Part shown: positions 52,545 to 64,000 of the stretch, in pieces | How positions within the stretch are numbered: position 1 is the first letter of the stretch | How the letters are laid out: the number at the start of each line of letters is the position of its first letter | From: Octopus vulgaris | Taxonomy: Eukaryota | DNA: 64,000 nucleotides | Direction of reading: 5' to 3' | Assembly: GCA_951406725.2 (NCBI GenBank) | Contig: OX597818.1 | Location: 17,980,001-18,044,000 of the forward strand | Position numbers and translations under genes: made by a program | The notes under the pieces: model-generated | Told to the model about the DNA's origin: nothing | Databases searched by the model: none | The model's input: the letters and a program-made list of their open reading frames with translations, nothing else

Positions 52545-52900
52545 TGATTAACTGAATGCAAGAATGGATGGATGAAATGACAAACAGATGGATAAGTAAA
52601 GGTATGGATGGAATAACAAATTGGAGACTCACTGGATAGACAGAATGATAGACAGGATAGAATGAGAGTTGAAAAAGAATGATTGGATGTTATTTAATCT
52701 TAGGTGGATGGAATGGAATGATGGATGGATGGGTGTAATGATAGATGGATGAACAATAGATGGATAGAATGAGAACTGAATAGGAATGATAATTAGAAAA
52801 TTGAAAAATAAATGGAATGATTGAATGGTTGGGTGGATAGATGGGAAGGAAAATAGAATGATAGATGGAAAGATGGATGGAAGAATGGATAGATTGATTC
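52545..52900. repeat. Degenerate (GATG/GAAT)n simple repeat
   Basis: Purine-rich ggatggatgg/gaatga runs. Confidence 0.75.
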
Positions 52901-53840
52901 AAATGAGGAATTTTAAAATGTTAAGACCATGTTATTATTTCAGTCTCTAAATCTGTAGCTCAGTGGAATATTTGCTTAACATTATTTATCTGGTTTTCTT
53001 CTCTATAAGTTATGAAATCTTAAAAGCTATTCTTCCCCATCACTACCAAAAAGAAAAACACGATTAAGAGAGGAATTCTATACAATTGCTTATCTCCAAA
53101 TCTCTTTCAATATCCACTGCTCTTTCCTCTCTCTCACACACACACACCACTCATATATAATATTATTACAACACAACATTAGATACTATCAAAACACACT
53201 TCCTTAGGAAATTTGAAGAAGTTTTCTAGTCCCTATAACACAAAACACCCACCCACTCCCTGATCCCAACTTCCAACAGTTATTGTTTGAATGCTGTTGT
53301 TTAGCCCTGAGTCAGCTGAAACTGAGGAGACATATCATCAAAGATATTTCCGCTACCACCCATGACCATCCCATCATTGGAGGAATATCTAGAACTTCAT
53401 TATCTAATTCATCCTTTGTAATTTTTTTTAAAGATGAAAGATGATTTTAGTTGCTATTTTTAGCAATCACAAAAAAGGCTTCTTTGATGGTTTGAGACCA
53501 TTCTGTGGTAGGAGGTGAAAAGGGATGCAAAAATGGTATCTACAAAAACATCTTCAACATAAAAGATTTTTACGAAAAGCAATAAAAATAATCATTTCCC
53601 ACACAGACACTAAGTCAGAAAATTTAAGCAAGGAGCAATCAAATACTGGCAAGATAAGTCATTTTGTTGGTCCCTCAAGAATGAAAGGCAAAATTAACAT
53701 AGGATGGATTTGAACTCAGGATATAAAAAAGAGCTGGAACAAAGTCTTTTGTCCAATCCACTAATGATTCTGTCAACAACAATAGCAAGAACAACAATCA
53801 TCTAAGCAAATACGATTCAACTTCATGCTATAATCTAAAC

Positions 53841-53945
53841 AGGCATCCAGCAACAGGACCTCCGTAATGCCATGATGGACCGTGAAGTCTGGCGTAGCAT
53901 GGTAAATTCCATTGTCTCGACCACGGTCGAACAATGATGATGATG
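53841..53945 (+). mobile_element. Very short 5'-truncated RTE-like LINE end with TSD
   Basis: Encodes ...QQQDLRNAMMDREVWRSMV...*, has a (GAT)n tail, and ataatctaaac is duplicated at 53830-53840 and 53946-53956. Confidence 0.8.
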
Positions 53946-54744
53946 ATAATCTAAACGGTTCAGTCTTTGTTGTGGTGTGGTTAATTGAGTGCCTTAATGA
54001 CTGATAGCCTGCCAGCAGAGTGATAGCTCCTGATACTTCTCATGCTGAACAGGTCAAAGGATAAAGGCCAAACTAATAAAATCAACCTCTTCCCAGAGAT
54101 AAAATGGGTTTGCATAGGACCAACAACCTATCAAGATAAAAAAAAGCTAAGTTACAGAAACATCTATGACAATTCAAAACTAACAGAACCTGGGATGGTT
54201 CCCTGAAGGAATGACTTTGTTCAGGGAAACATATGACCTGGTGCAGCAAAATTTAATGGAAAGAAGCAGAAAAGACAGCATAGAATGAAGGACTATGGAG
54301 AAAAGTTGTCAATGGCCTATGATTTGCAAGGAGCAAATGGTTAAGTAAGTCATAGTATAATATATGTACACTATGAAAATACAAGGTTATTTTTTCACAT
54401 CACTGATCAACCACTAAATACTATCACCTCCTCAAAATTAAAATATAATAAACCCATGATTAATGGACATATATGAAGGAAGGTTTGTCCATTAATGCCA
54501 AAAGTTAATTATATCGAAGGCAACCTAGATGCTATTTTCATAGCGTTTTTGATGTTAAAAAAGAGCTTCAAATCAAAATACATTATAGCAGTTTAAAATC
54601 CTGAAATTATGATAAAGAATATGTAATTTTTACTTCCCTCCTGACAGTGTAGACTAATAATCTTTTGCCAAGACCATAGATGTAATATAGCATTGAAGAA
54701 ATCATTTTATCCAGTCAGTCAAATAATGTAAAAGGGTAAAGACT

Positions 54745-55068
54745 CTCTTCGGTCATGAATGACCATGGGACTACACCTAGTTACCCTCTGAGGCACAAGT
54801 CTGGGCAAGGTTGTTTGTAGAAGACTAGCAGTCATCCATGCATACCAGCCTCCCCACTCTAAACCACCGATATTATCCAAGGCAAAAAGCAAAGGCTGAT
54901 ACAGCATGACACCAGTGATGTCGCAACTCATTACAGCTGAGCAAACAGGAGCAATGTGAAATAAAGTGTCTTGCTCAAGAACACAACGTACAGCCTGGTC
55001 CGGGAATCAAACTCACTACCTCATGATTGTGAGCCCAACGCTCAAACCACTGAGCAATGTGCCTTCAC
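54745..55068 (-). mobile_element. SINE family D
   Basis: Collinear with 12620-12955. Confidence 0.85.
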
Positions 55069-55460
55069 AAAGTCAGTTAAATAGGCCACTGTTGAGCCAA
55101 TAGGTTACTGTATATCATCAGTTAATGAAGCAGTATCAGTTAATCTTGCAAGACCTTGGATCCGCAAATGCAAAGTCACGGTTTTGTCATGTTGGCAGAA
55201 CAGCATTTACTCTGATTATAGAAACTCACATATGAATGACAGTCATGCACATGTAGGCTCTGTCTGCTAGTCTTGTCAGTGATGTAGCTAGAGTATATGC
55301 TACCCAGGCAGGGCTGGATTAAAACCCATAGAGGCCCTAAGCACTTACAAGATTTTGGTACCTCCGTATATATGTAAATCAAAATATAAATAATAATAAA
55401 ACATAAAATAAATTAATAATAAATCTCTGAACGAGATGTAAACAGTAACTGCTCAACAAC

Positions 55461-55751
55461 GTAAAGTATACTAGCCATCTCAATATGGCTAACCACTAAG
55501 AGTGGGTGTTACTGTAGCTTTTAGCCCCAGGAGATCATCATCTCCAGCTGGCTTTAGGCACACTTTCTGTGTCCTTATGGTATTTGCAAAGGGAGGTCAT
55601 CCCTCTCTCGTAAGACCTCCCTTTGCAAATACCATAAGGGCACAGAAAGTGTGCCTAAAGCCAGCTGGAGACGATGATCTCCTGGGGCTAAAAGCTACAG
55701 TAACACCCACCCTTAGTGGTTAGCCATATTGAGATGGCTAGTATACTTTAC
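55461..55751. repeat. Near-perfect hairpin element (138-bp arms, 15-nt loop)
   Basis: 55461-55598 is the reverse complement of 55614-55751, with three mismatches seen. Confidence 0.92.
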
Positions 55752-55929
55752 ATAAAATAAATTGTTTTTTGAAATGAAACAAAACTAACAGTAAGAAGAA
55801 AAATAAGGTTTATTCTTGTATACTTCCACTTTATATTTGAAAAGTTTTCTCCTACATTTTTTTAATTGTAAAATCTTTGATAATATCCTCACTAGGACAC
55901 TATGAACACTTCAAAATTATATTTCCAAT

Positions 55930-56208
55930 GCCAGCACCGCCTTGACTGGCTTCCGTGATGGCGGCACGTTAAAAGCACCAACCGATCATGGCCGATGCTA
56001 GACTCCCCTGGCACCTGTGCCGGTGGCATGTAAAAAGCACCCATTACACTTGCGGAGTGGTTGGTGTTAGGAAGGGCATCCAGCTGTAGAAACACTGCCA
56101 GATCAGACTGGAGCCTGGTGCAGCCCCTGGCTTCCCAGACCCCGGTCGAACCGTCCAACCTGTGCTAGCGCGGAAAACGGACGTTAAACGATGATGATGA
56201 TGATGATG
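55930..56208 (+). mobile_element. LINE(RTE-like) 3'-tail element ending (GAT)n
   Basis: ggcatgtaaaaagcaccc...ggttggtgttaggaagggcatccagctgtagaaac...aacggacgttaaacgatgatgatg. Confidence 0.8.
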
Positions 56209-56879
56209 ACTTCAAATATTATTTTAGCAAGTTTAAAGTGATTTCTTTTGTGCCGTAAATCATTTACCATTTCTGAGGTACCCCTCTGCTTCCCTTGATG
56301 CCGAAGCACATGCTTATTTTGCTTAATAGTGAATCCAACACAGTACCCAGACAGTTCTTGAGATTGCCAATACCTGTTATCAACATTAGAAACACTTTTA
56401 TTTCAATACAACCTATACAGGCTTAAAACATAAATCCAAAAGTGTCATGCTCATAAAAGTGTTTTCTAGAGTGGACTGCCCATCCCACTCTCTTAGCTAT
56501 GCTACTGAGTTGTTTTGGTGCTGTTCTCCCATCAAATTTGCCTTTCTTTATCAGCAAACCCCATCTTCTCCTCTTGTCATTTTAAACTTGTCTAATCCCA
56601 GTCTCTAGTGAGAGCGATCCTTAGCAATGTCCCCACACTTTTCAGTGTTCATGTTAAGTGCTATATATGTAGTGACATGTATATCACTTAATGTTAACGC
56701 ACATTTTCAATCACATGGAACCTATGTTACTTCCCCCATCTCCATTTCCTCCACCAAGCCCACAAATATGGCTTCTGATCCTAGTAGAGTGGTCAGGGGT
56801 CTTATACTGATATTCTCTCTTCCTAATAACAAAAACAAATGAAAATTACAGAGATGTACTTGCATAAAAAAAATATATA

Positions 56880-57388
56880 TATGTTCTTTCTCGAGCCATG
56901 CTATGCTCATAAGGGCCAGTTCCCCGGTTTCAGCAGTGTAGAAATTCCCCACCTGGACGAGACGCCGGTCTGTCGCAGGATTACTCATTTTTGCCAGCTG
57001 AGTGGACTGGAGCAACATGAAAATGAAGTGTTTTGCTCAAGAACACAATGCATTGCTTGGTCCAGGAATCGAAACCACAATGTTACGATCATGAATTCAA
57101 CACCCTAACCACCAAGCCATGCGCCTCCACAAAAACAAATGTTCCTTCTTGAGCCATGCCAGGCTCATAAGGGCTGGTTTCCCGGTTTCAGTGGTGTACA
57201 AATTCCCCACCTGGACGGGATGCTGGTCCATCGCAGGATTACTCACTTTTGCCAGCTGAGAGGACTGGAGCAACGTGAAATGAAGTGTTTTGCTCAAGAA
57301 CACAACACGTTGCCCGGTCTAGGAATCGAAACCACAATCTTACGATTGTGATACTAGCACCCTAACCACTAATCCACACGCCTCCACA
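56880..57388 (-). mobile_element. Tandem dimer of family-C SINE
   Basis: Two ~250-bp copies (56880-57129, 57138-57387); minus strand ggaggcgcatggcttggtggttagg (A box) and ggtttcgattcc (B box). Confidence 0.9.
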
Positions 57389-58249
57389 GTACTTGCATAG
57401 CAAGTGACCTGATCTGAGATTGTGTGCTGGAACAAAAACAATTGCAGCATGGAAAGTGTTTATAAGCCATTTAAGAAACACACAAAAAACCGCTAGATCC
57501 ACTTCAACATTTAAATTTAATTTGCCAAAATATTTTTGCCACTTTGAGACCGCGACCTAGCACGAAACAAATGAAAAGAAAACAAAAAATTGAACCCCTA
57601 GCTACCATCACAACTTCTGTCCTTAACAACAGTAATAATATGGAGCAATAAAAAGTAGGCATGACTGCGTAGTAATGTAATTTTGCCTAGCTGCCAGATG
57701 GTCTCTGGTTCAGTCCCACTGCCTGACAGTTTGGGCAAGTGTTTGTGAGTGATGTTGGTAGATATAGCGTCATTATGTGGAAAACTGTGTGCGTCTGTAT
57801 GTTATAATTCTACTTAGCCAAAGCAGGATCAGTAACCAGTTGTTAATTAAGGAACAGTATTGTTAAGTTTCAGCAGTAATGTATTGTGATTTCATTGACA
57901 TCTTCAGCTTCATATATAGACATTGATCTGTAAACACAATGGAATATGCTGCCAATGTGTGCATTAACTGTGATGTGCTTAGCCATCTGTATTTAAATTA
58001 TTCCTTTATTTTTTTTAATAAAGTAAATAGCTTAAGGTTTACATGATCCTGAGCAGAATTTGACAGCTTGTAAATGTAGGAGCAGACATATGTCTCACAC
58101 ATTGCTGTGAGTGTATCTATTAAAATGTATATCCTTTTATGTCTCCAAGAGAATGTGGATCTCTTTCTGTGTGTGTATGTATGTGTGTGTGTGTATCTTT
58201 GCTAATATTCATGTATTTGTGCATGTGCATAACTGTGAAAAGATGTAAA

Positions 58250-58582
58250 TATGTAGGTGTGGTAAGAAGCTTACTTCTCAATCACATGGTCTCAGGTTCA
58301 GTCTCAATGTATGGTACCTTGGGCTGAGCAAAGCCTTGTTAGTGGATTTGGAAACTGAAAGAAGCCCATTGTATACATATATATATAAATATCTATGTGT
58401 GTGTGTGTCTTTGTTTGTCTCCCCACCACCTGTTGACGATCAGTGTCAGTGTGTTTATGAACCTAGCAGTTCATCAAGAGAGTCTGACAGAATAAGTACC
58501 AGGCTTTTACAAAAACGTCCCTGGGTCAATTTGTTTGACTAAAACTCTTCAAGGCGGTGCCCAGCATGGCTGCAGTAAAAGA
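58250..58582 (+). mobile_element. SINE family A (internally deleted)
   Basis: gtgtggtaagaagc...aggttcagtc...aaagccttg...agaataagtaccaggc...ggcggtgcccagcatggctgcag. Confidence 0.75.
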
Positions 58583-59161
58583 AATAAATGTGCCTATGTG
58601 AGTATCTATATGTGTAACAATATATTTAAATGTTTTTTTTTCAATCAAGAAACAATGATGAAGCTAAAAGATGTCAAACTGGCACTCATCTCTAGGTGTG
58701 CAAATTCCTTATAACCAAAACAATTGTAAGCTAATTAATATGATTGTGTAATCTTTGCCATTCTTTTATTAATTGTTATTACATTGTACTTTTCTTTAGG
58801 TTCATATATGCATGTATGTGTGTGTGATCCTTCTCTTCTTCATCATCATCACCAATTTAACTTCCACTTTTCCATGTCGGCATGGGTCAGGCAAAATCCA
58901 TTAAAGCAGATTTTCTATGGCTGTCTACCAAATCTACTCACAAGGCCTTGGTTGGCCCAAAGCTATAGTAAAGGACACTTAACCCAAGGTGCCACACAGT
59001 AGGACTGAACTTATAGCCACATGGATGGGGGATGAAGTTCTGAACCACACAGCTGAGTTCTTAACCAAACAAACAGCCACACCACACATGCAGCACTGAC
59101 ACAGTTAAGAGCTTCACTCACCCTGTCCATCATGCTTTCAGTTTAGTCATGTATACAGGCA

Positions 59162-59192
<31 letters not shown>

Positions 59193-59309
59193 CTTTGTGT
59201 TTATGTCTTTGTGTTTATGTCTTGTAACTTAGTGGTATGATAAGTAGAAACTGTTAAATTAAGTGCCAAACTTTTAAATAATAGCAACGTGAAATGAAGT
59301 GTTTTTCAC

Positions 59310-59404
59310 GTGGCACAATCGGTTAGCGCGCAGTACTTATAGACAGTACCTTCGCCGTGCGATAAGGAATGCGGAGGTTGTGAGTTCGTACCTCACCTGG
59401 GGCA
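59310..59404 (+). pseudogene. Intron-containing tRNA-Ile(TAT) pseudogene lacking the 5' acceptor strand
   Basis: gtggcacaatcggttagcgcgcagtact-TAT(59338-59340)-a, 27-nt intron 59342-59368, then atgcggaggttgtgagttcgtacctcacctggggca; matches the eukaryotic Ile-UAU pattern. The 5' end is tttcacg instead of gccccag. Confidence 0.85.
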
Positions 59405-59414
59405 CTGACATTTT

Positions 59415-59562
59415 AGGTTAGCGTTAGGAAGGGCATCCAGCTATAGAAACACTGCCAAATCAGACTAGAGCCTGGTGCAGCCCCTGGCTTCCCAGACCCC
59501 AGTCGAACCGTCCAACCCGTGCTGGCGCGGAAAATGGATGCTAAACGATGATGATGATGATG
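59415..59562 (+). mobile_element. LINE(RTE-like) 3'-tail fragment fused to the pre-tRNA
   Basis: ggttagcgttaggaagggcatccagc...ccgtccaacccgtgctggcgcggaaaatggatgctaaacgatgatgatg; nearly identical to 56080-56208. Confidence 0.85.
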
Positions 59563-59984
59563 AAAGTATTAAAGCTGATATGATTGACAAAAATAATCTT
59601 CAAGGTAATGCCTCTCAATGGTCACAGTCTAATGAGTGAGACCAGTAAAAGAGTACGGACAGCAAAAACAACAAGATAGCCTCTAAAATATCACTCAACT
59701 TGCTAGAAATAGCAACCAAATCTTCAAATGTCAGTCATGAGAACAATGTACCTAGGATAGTCAATGGGACAGTCATGGTTGGACTATTTAATCAGCGTTG
59801 AATAAGAGCTAAACAACAATAATAATGGCAATATTATTAAGTTTAGCAAATGAGGAAACTGCTACACGGTTGCTTGACCTTTTTAAAAATAGCAGTGAAA
59901 TTTCCCTCAGATTACACTCAACTATTATAGGAAAAAAAAGAAGAAAAACAAAGGACACATTAGATAATATAGATATTTTTTTTT

Positions 59985-60295
59985 TATTTATGCACCCTTT
60001 TCAAGCCTAGCCAGGCTCATGGGCCTGGTTTCCCGGGTTCTGTGGCATATGCGTTCCCCCCAGCTGGTTGGGACGCCAGTCCCTTGCAGCATTACTCAAG
60101 AAACCGGAAGAAAGAGTGAGAGAAAGTTGGGGGCGAAAGAGTACAACAGGGGTCGCCACCACCCCCTGCTGGAGCCTCGTGGATCTTTAGGTGTTTTCGC
60201 TCAATAAACACACACAACGCCCGATCTGGGAATCGAAACCACGATCCTCCGACCGCGAGTCAGCTGCCCTAACCACTGGGCCATTGCGCCTCCAC
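59985..60295 (-). mobile_element. SINE family E with C-type tail
   Basis: Minus strand ggaggcgcaatggcccagtggttagggcagctgactcgcggtcggaggatcgtggtttcgattccc. Confidence 0.85.
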
Positions 60296-60407
60296 TATAT
60301 AGATTTATACATCCCTAAAATGTATGTATATATCATGGATAGAATGGCACTGGCCCCCGAAAGGACAAGCCTGTATGTATGGGAGACAGCTATTTTTTAC
60401 CTAGCTT

Positions 60408-60579
60408 AGGCACAGGAGTGGCTTTGTGGTAAGTAGCTTGCTTACCAACCACATGGTTCTGGGTTCATTCCCAGTGTGTGGCACTTTGGGCAAGTGTCTT
60501 GTACTATAGCCTCGGGCTGACCAAAGCCTTGTGAGTGGATTTAGTAGATGGAAACTGAAAGAAGGCCGTCGTATATATG

Positions 60580-60610
<31 letters not shown>

Positions 60611-60818
60611 ATATATTTGTGTGTCTGTGTTTGTCCCCCCAACATCGCTTGACAACCAATGCTGGTGTGTTTACGTCCCCGTAACTTAGCGGTTGGGCAA
60701 AAGAGACTGATAGAATAAGTGCTAGGCTTACAAAGAATAAGTCCTGGGGTCGATTTGCTCGACTAAAGGCGGTGCTCCAGCAAGGCCACAGTCAATTGAC
60801 TGAAACAAGTAAAAGAGT
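60408..60818 (+). mobile_element. SINE family A, full length
   Basis: ggcacaggagtggctttgtggtaagtagc...gactgaaacaagtaaaagag; collinear with 38527-38901. Confidence 0.9.
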
Positions 60819-61514
60819 AAGTACAGCAAATTGCCACATCACCCAGTCCCTTGTCATTTCCTCAGTGGGGCCCAGCATCCTAAGATCCTTTCTCACTGCA
60901 TTGTCCCACATCTTCCTGGGTGTACCCCCTCCACAAGTACCCTCCACAATTAGAGCTCAACAGTGTAAAACAACAGTTTCTTGACTAGCTAATAATAGCA
61001 GCCAAATCTCTCTAAAATTACACTCCCCTGTCTTATAAAAGGACAGAACATATTCAGTATTGTAGTCCTATGAACTGTTAAAAAGACAGGATGGTCACAG
61101 TTGAAATGCCTTTGACCATTAGACTAATCCCAGATCTGTACTGACTGAGCAACAATAACTGCAAAAATAGAGCAACAACAACAAAACTATATAAGAGCAA
61201 CAGCAAAAGAATATATTGTGGCAGGGGTGGCAAAAATAATGACAATAACAATAACAGCTCTATAACTTTTTTGGAAATTATTTTGAATAAATATGGTCAG
61301 AATGTTCAGTCAGATCATATTTCTTAAAGAACTCATATCTCATTGATTAAAACAAAATTGCAGTAATTCACACACATAGCAAGCATTCTTCAAAAAATAT
61401 TCCTTCTCCATTCTATTATTATATAGTAAACTATTATTATATAGTATTATATATTATTATATAGCATTCTATTATTATATAGTAAACTATAATTATATAG
61501 CATTTCATTCATCT

Positions 61515-61880
61515 TTCTGTTCTGAGTTCAAATTCCACCAAGGTTGACTTTGCCTTTCATCCTTTCAGGGTTGATGAAATAAGCACCTAGTTACATATTG
61601 TGGTTGATACAATCAACTAGCCCCCTCCCCACAAAATTTCAGGCCTTGTGCCTTTAGTAGAAAAGATTATTATATAAGGCAGCAAACTGGACAAAATGCT
61701 TAACAGTATTTTGGTACTCTCCACAATTAAGTTCTAAGTTCAAATTCTATTGAAGTTGGCTGTATTTTTCCCTTTCGAGGTTAATGAAATAAGTACTAGT
61801 CAAGTAATATGGTTGATGTAATTGACTAACACTCTCCCCCAAATTTCAGGCCTCGTGCCTATGGCGGAAAGGATTATTAT
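61515..61880 (+). mobile_element. Two family-B SINE copies
   Basis: gagttcaaattccaccaaggttgactttgcctttcatcc...aaatttcaggccttgtgcct, twice. Confidence 0.8.
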
Positions 61881-63349
61881 CATTATTATTAAATCATTAT
61901 TAAACAATGAAAGAAGTCATGCAATAAATCTCTGGAGCAAATTTTTATTTTACTAGATCTTACTGAGAAAAAAAAAAAAATGTGAGGGAAGGAGTAATTT
62001 TGCCAAATAAGGTCTTTAGAAGATTATTTACCCGGGGGTAGAAAAAATCAGGTTTGTTTTAGACATTTAATATATTTTGCAAACATTTGTTTAATCATAA
62101 TTTAATATAACTTCCTCTAGACAAAAAAAAAAAATGGTAACAGATGCTAACAGCAAATATGGTAGCATTTGTATACGCCATCAAAGAAAAACAAAGATTT
62201 TTATTAAAAAATAAAAGAGCAAATAAAAGAACATAAATGATAGCAACAGAACATTGTGAACTCTTTAACAAATGAAAAACTAAAAAAAGATTTAATAATA
62301 TTAATAACTACTGCAACAATGGCAGCCTTGCTGGTGCTGTAAGCCAGAATGAAGTTTTAGATGAGTCAGCTACTAGAGAAAATGTGAGAGAGGTATGTCT
62401 CAAAAGACAGTGTCAAGGATTTTATAACAGAAAGAATAAGGAGGAGTGTGATGTACCTGCTTACTTTTTTTTTTCTTTTCTAAAAACAGAACCAGTTTTC
62501 ATATGCTACCAAAGGAGCAGATTATATAGAAATATTTGCTTGTCTTTGAAACCTAAGATGAGATGAGAGACAGAATTGGTGCACCTTACACCTGCCTGCT
62601 GGCTGGTGCCTCAGCCAGAGATATTGATGTGGTTGTTGACTCTTGGCTCATCATCACTTTTGTAGTACAATATAGACTGATGGGGAACATTGAGGCAATA
62701 GGCAATACACAAGTGGTTAGGTGGAGTCTGTGTATGCATGTTCTGGTGACAATCAAAGGTTATACATTCCAGAGGAATAAATTGTGGGAGCATGAATCCC
62801 AGCTGCTAGAGATATGGGATTAAGAGCCTCTTGCAAGCTTTCTGCCCAGAAGAGTTGGAAGGGCAGAGGCTGATGGTAATGGACAGACAACAACAGATGC
62901 AAGAACAGCAGTGAACCTCAGAAACTGATGTTTCTAGAGCCTTGCTCAGGACAACTTGGAGAATAGCAGAAGAAATAATCTCATCCTTGACATTAAGTAA
63001 TCACAACCTGAGAAAATAAGGTATCTCTCTTCTCAGTATACAGAGTACACTACCTATAGCAACTTTACATTGTCAAGATTATGAAAAGAAAGTGAAGAAA
63101 GGAGCAAGATAATAAACAACCAAGAACAAACATTTGAAAGAAGGTTAACAAAAAGGAAAATGAATATGTTTTTCTATAAAACATGACAGAGGGCTAGTAG
63201 ACCTCAACAGGAAGAATCACCATCCAATTCTAATTTACATACAATTGATGATTCTTTGAGTAACCAAAGAATCTTGTTAAATAACTAGAAGACGGAAATA
63301 ATATGATGATAAAGGATGAGATAGGAAGTAACTGTGTGGTTAAGATTAA

Positions 63350-64000
63350 CTCTTTTGATACCAGCCCAGTCGCAGCTGGCCGAAAATTTTTTTTTTTTTG
63401 CTCAAATGACAAATCCAGCTGTAGCCAGCCAAGCAAACCCATTGTTATTTGAATATGAATTTCAGCACAAATCTCATTAGTACATTCGTGAAAACACGTG
63501 ATTTCACTTTGTAAATAATCGAGTTATAGAATCCTACATTGTTTGATGTGATATCTAAACTGTGAATTTTGGGAGATTTTCTTCCACATTTTTTCTTCGG
63601 GGATTATTTTCAACGTTTAAAATGGATAGGAGATTCATGTTATCAAGCAGTGATTCTGAATTTGAGGACTTTTCAACAGAAGATATGGAGAAATCGAGCA
63701 AAAGAATGAGTGAACAATAAATGCACGTGGTGTATGAAAATGAATTGGATATTTCTGTATTTGAATCTGAAAGCAGCGATTCTTAAGAAATTGAAAGTGG
63801 CGATAGCAACAGCGAGGACAATTTTACACTTGAATGGAGTATGAAGTTAAAAAATAATTTTATCAGCTATTTTTCTGAGGACACTGGATTTACTCATAGT
63901 CTTTCTCAGGAAGCGAAACTATTAGACATTTTTTTCTTATTTTTTCCAGTAAGCTTGTTTGAAGCAATCACTGTGGAAACAGACCGTTATGCAGAATGTA
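63350..64000 (+). mobile_element. piggyBac-derived element running off the window end
   Basis: TTAA(63346-63349)|ctcttttgatac; collinear with the 27201 and 30864 elements; remnant ...FSEDTG...LDIFFL..VETDRYA. Confidence 0.85.

Larger units (their letters stand above)
55309..56343. mobile_element. hAT-like MITE carrying nested insertions
   Basis: Left end cagggctggatt, degenerate right end aatccaacacag; 8-bp TSD tacccagg / tacccaga (55301-55308, 56344-56351). Confidence 0.6.

Noticed and set aside
59304-59404. Functional tRNA-Ile(TAT) gene
   Set aside because: The 5' acceptor strand is missing and the anticodon stem has a mismatch; treated as a pseudogene.
62480-63050. GC-richer patch with ORF 62563-62823
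   Set aside because: No recognisable domain or splice structure; probably an old retroelement fragment.

Overview
AT-rich, repeat-dense animal genomic DNA. The SINE/LINE/MITE repertoire and microsatellite load resemble an octopus (coleoid cephalopod) genome; this is inference from recalled repeat families. Only one convincing host coding exon is present: a 917-bp minus-strand terminal exon (23346-22430) encoding a SAMD3-C-terminal-like domain. The rest is mostly intronic/intergenic mobile DNA: a 5'-truncated RTE LINE with TSD, five piggyBac-derived elements (TTAA-flanked, nested and composite), a decayed Tc1/mariner (maT/DD37D-like) element, hAT MITEs, a solo LTR, several tRNA-derived SINE families and a degenerate 20/70-bp satellite. 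Highlights are: (i) several minimal type-I hammerhead ribozyme motifs, one in a palindromic element pairing a tRNA-like Pol III head with a hammerhead (49411-49768); (ii) an unspliced pre-tRNA-Ile(UAU) fused at its TTTT terminator to a LINE-like 3' tail; (iii) several long hairpins and an inverted duplication able to form dsRNA. All coordinates were read by eye and no database search was run.
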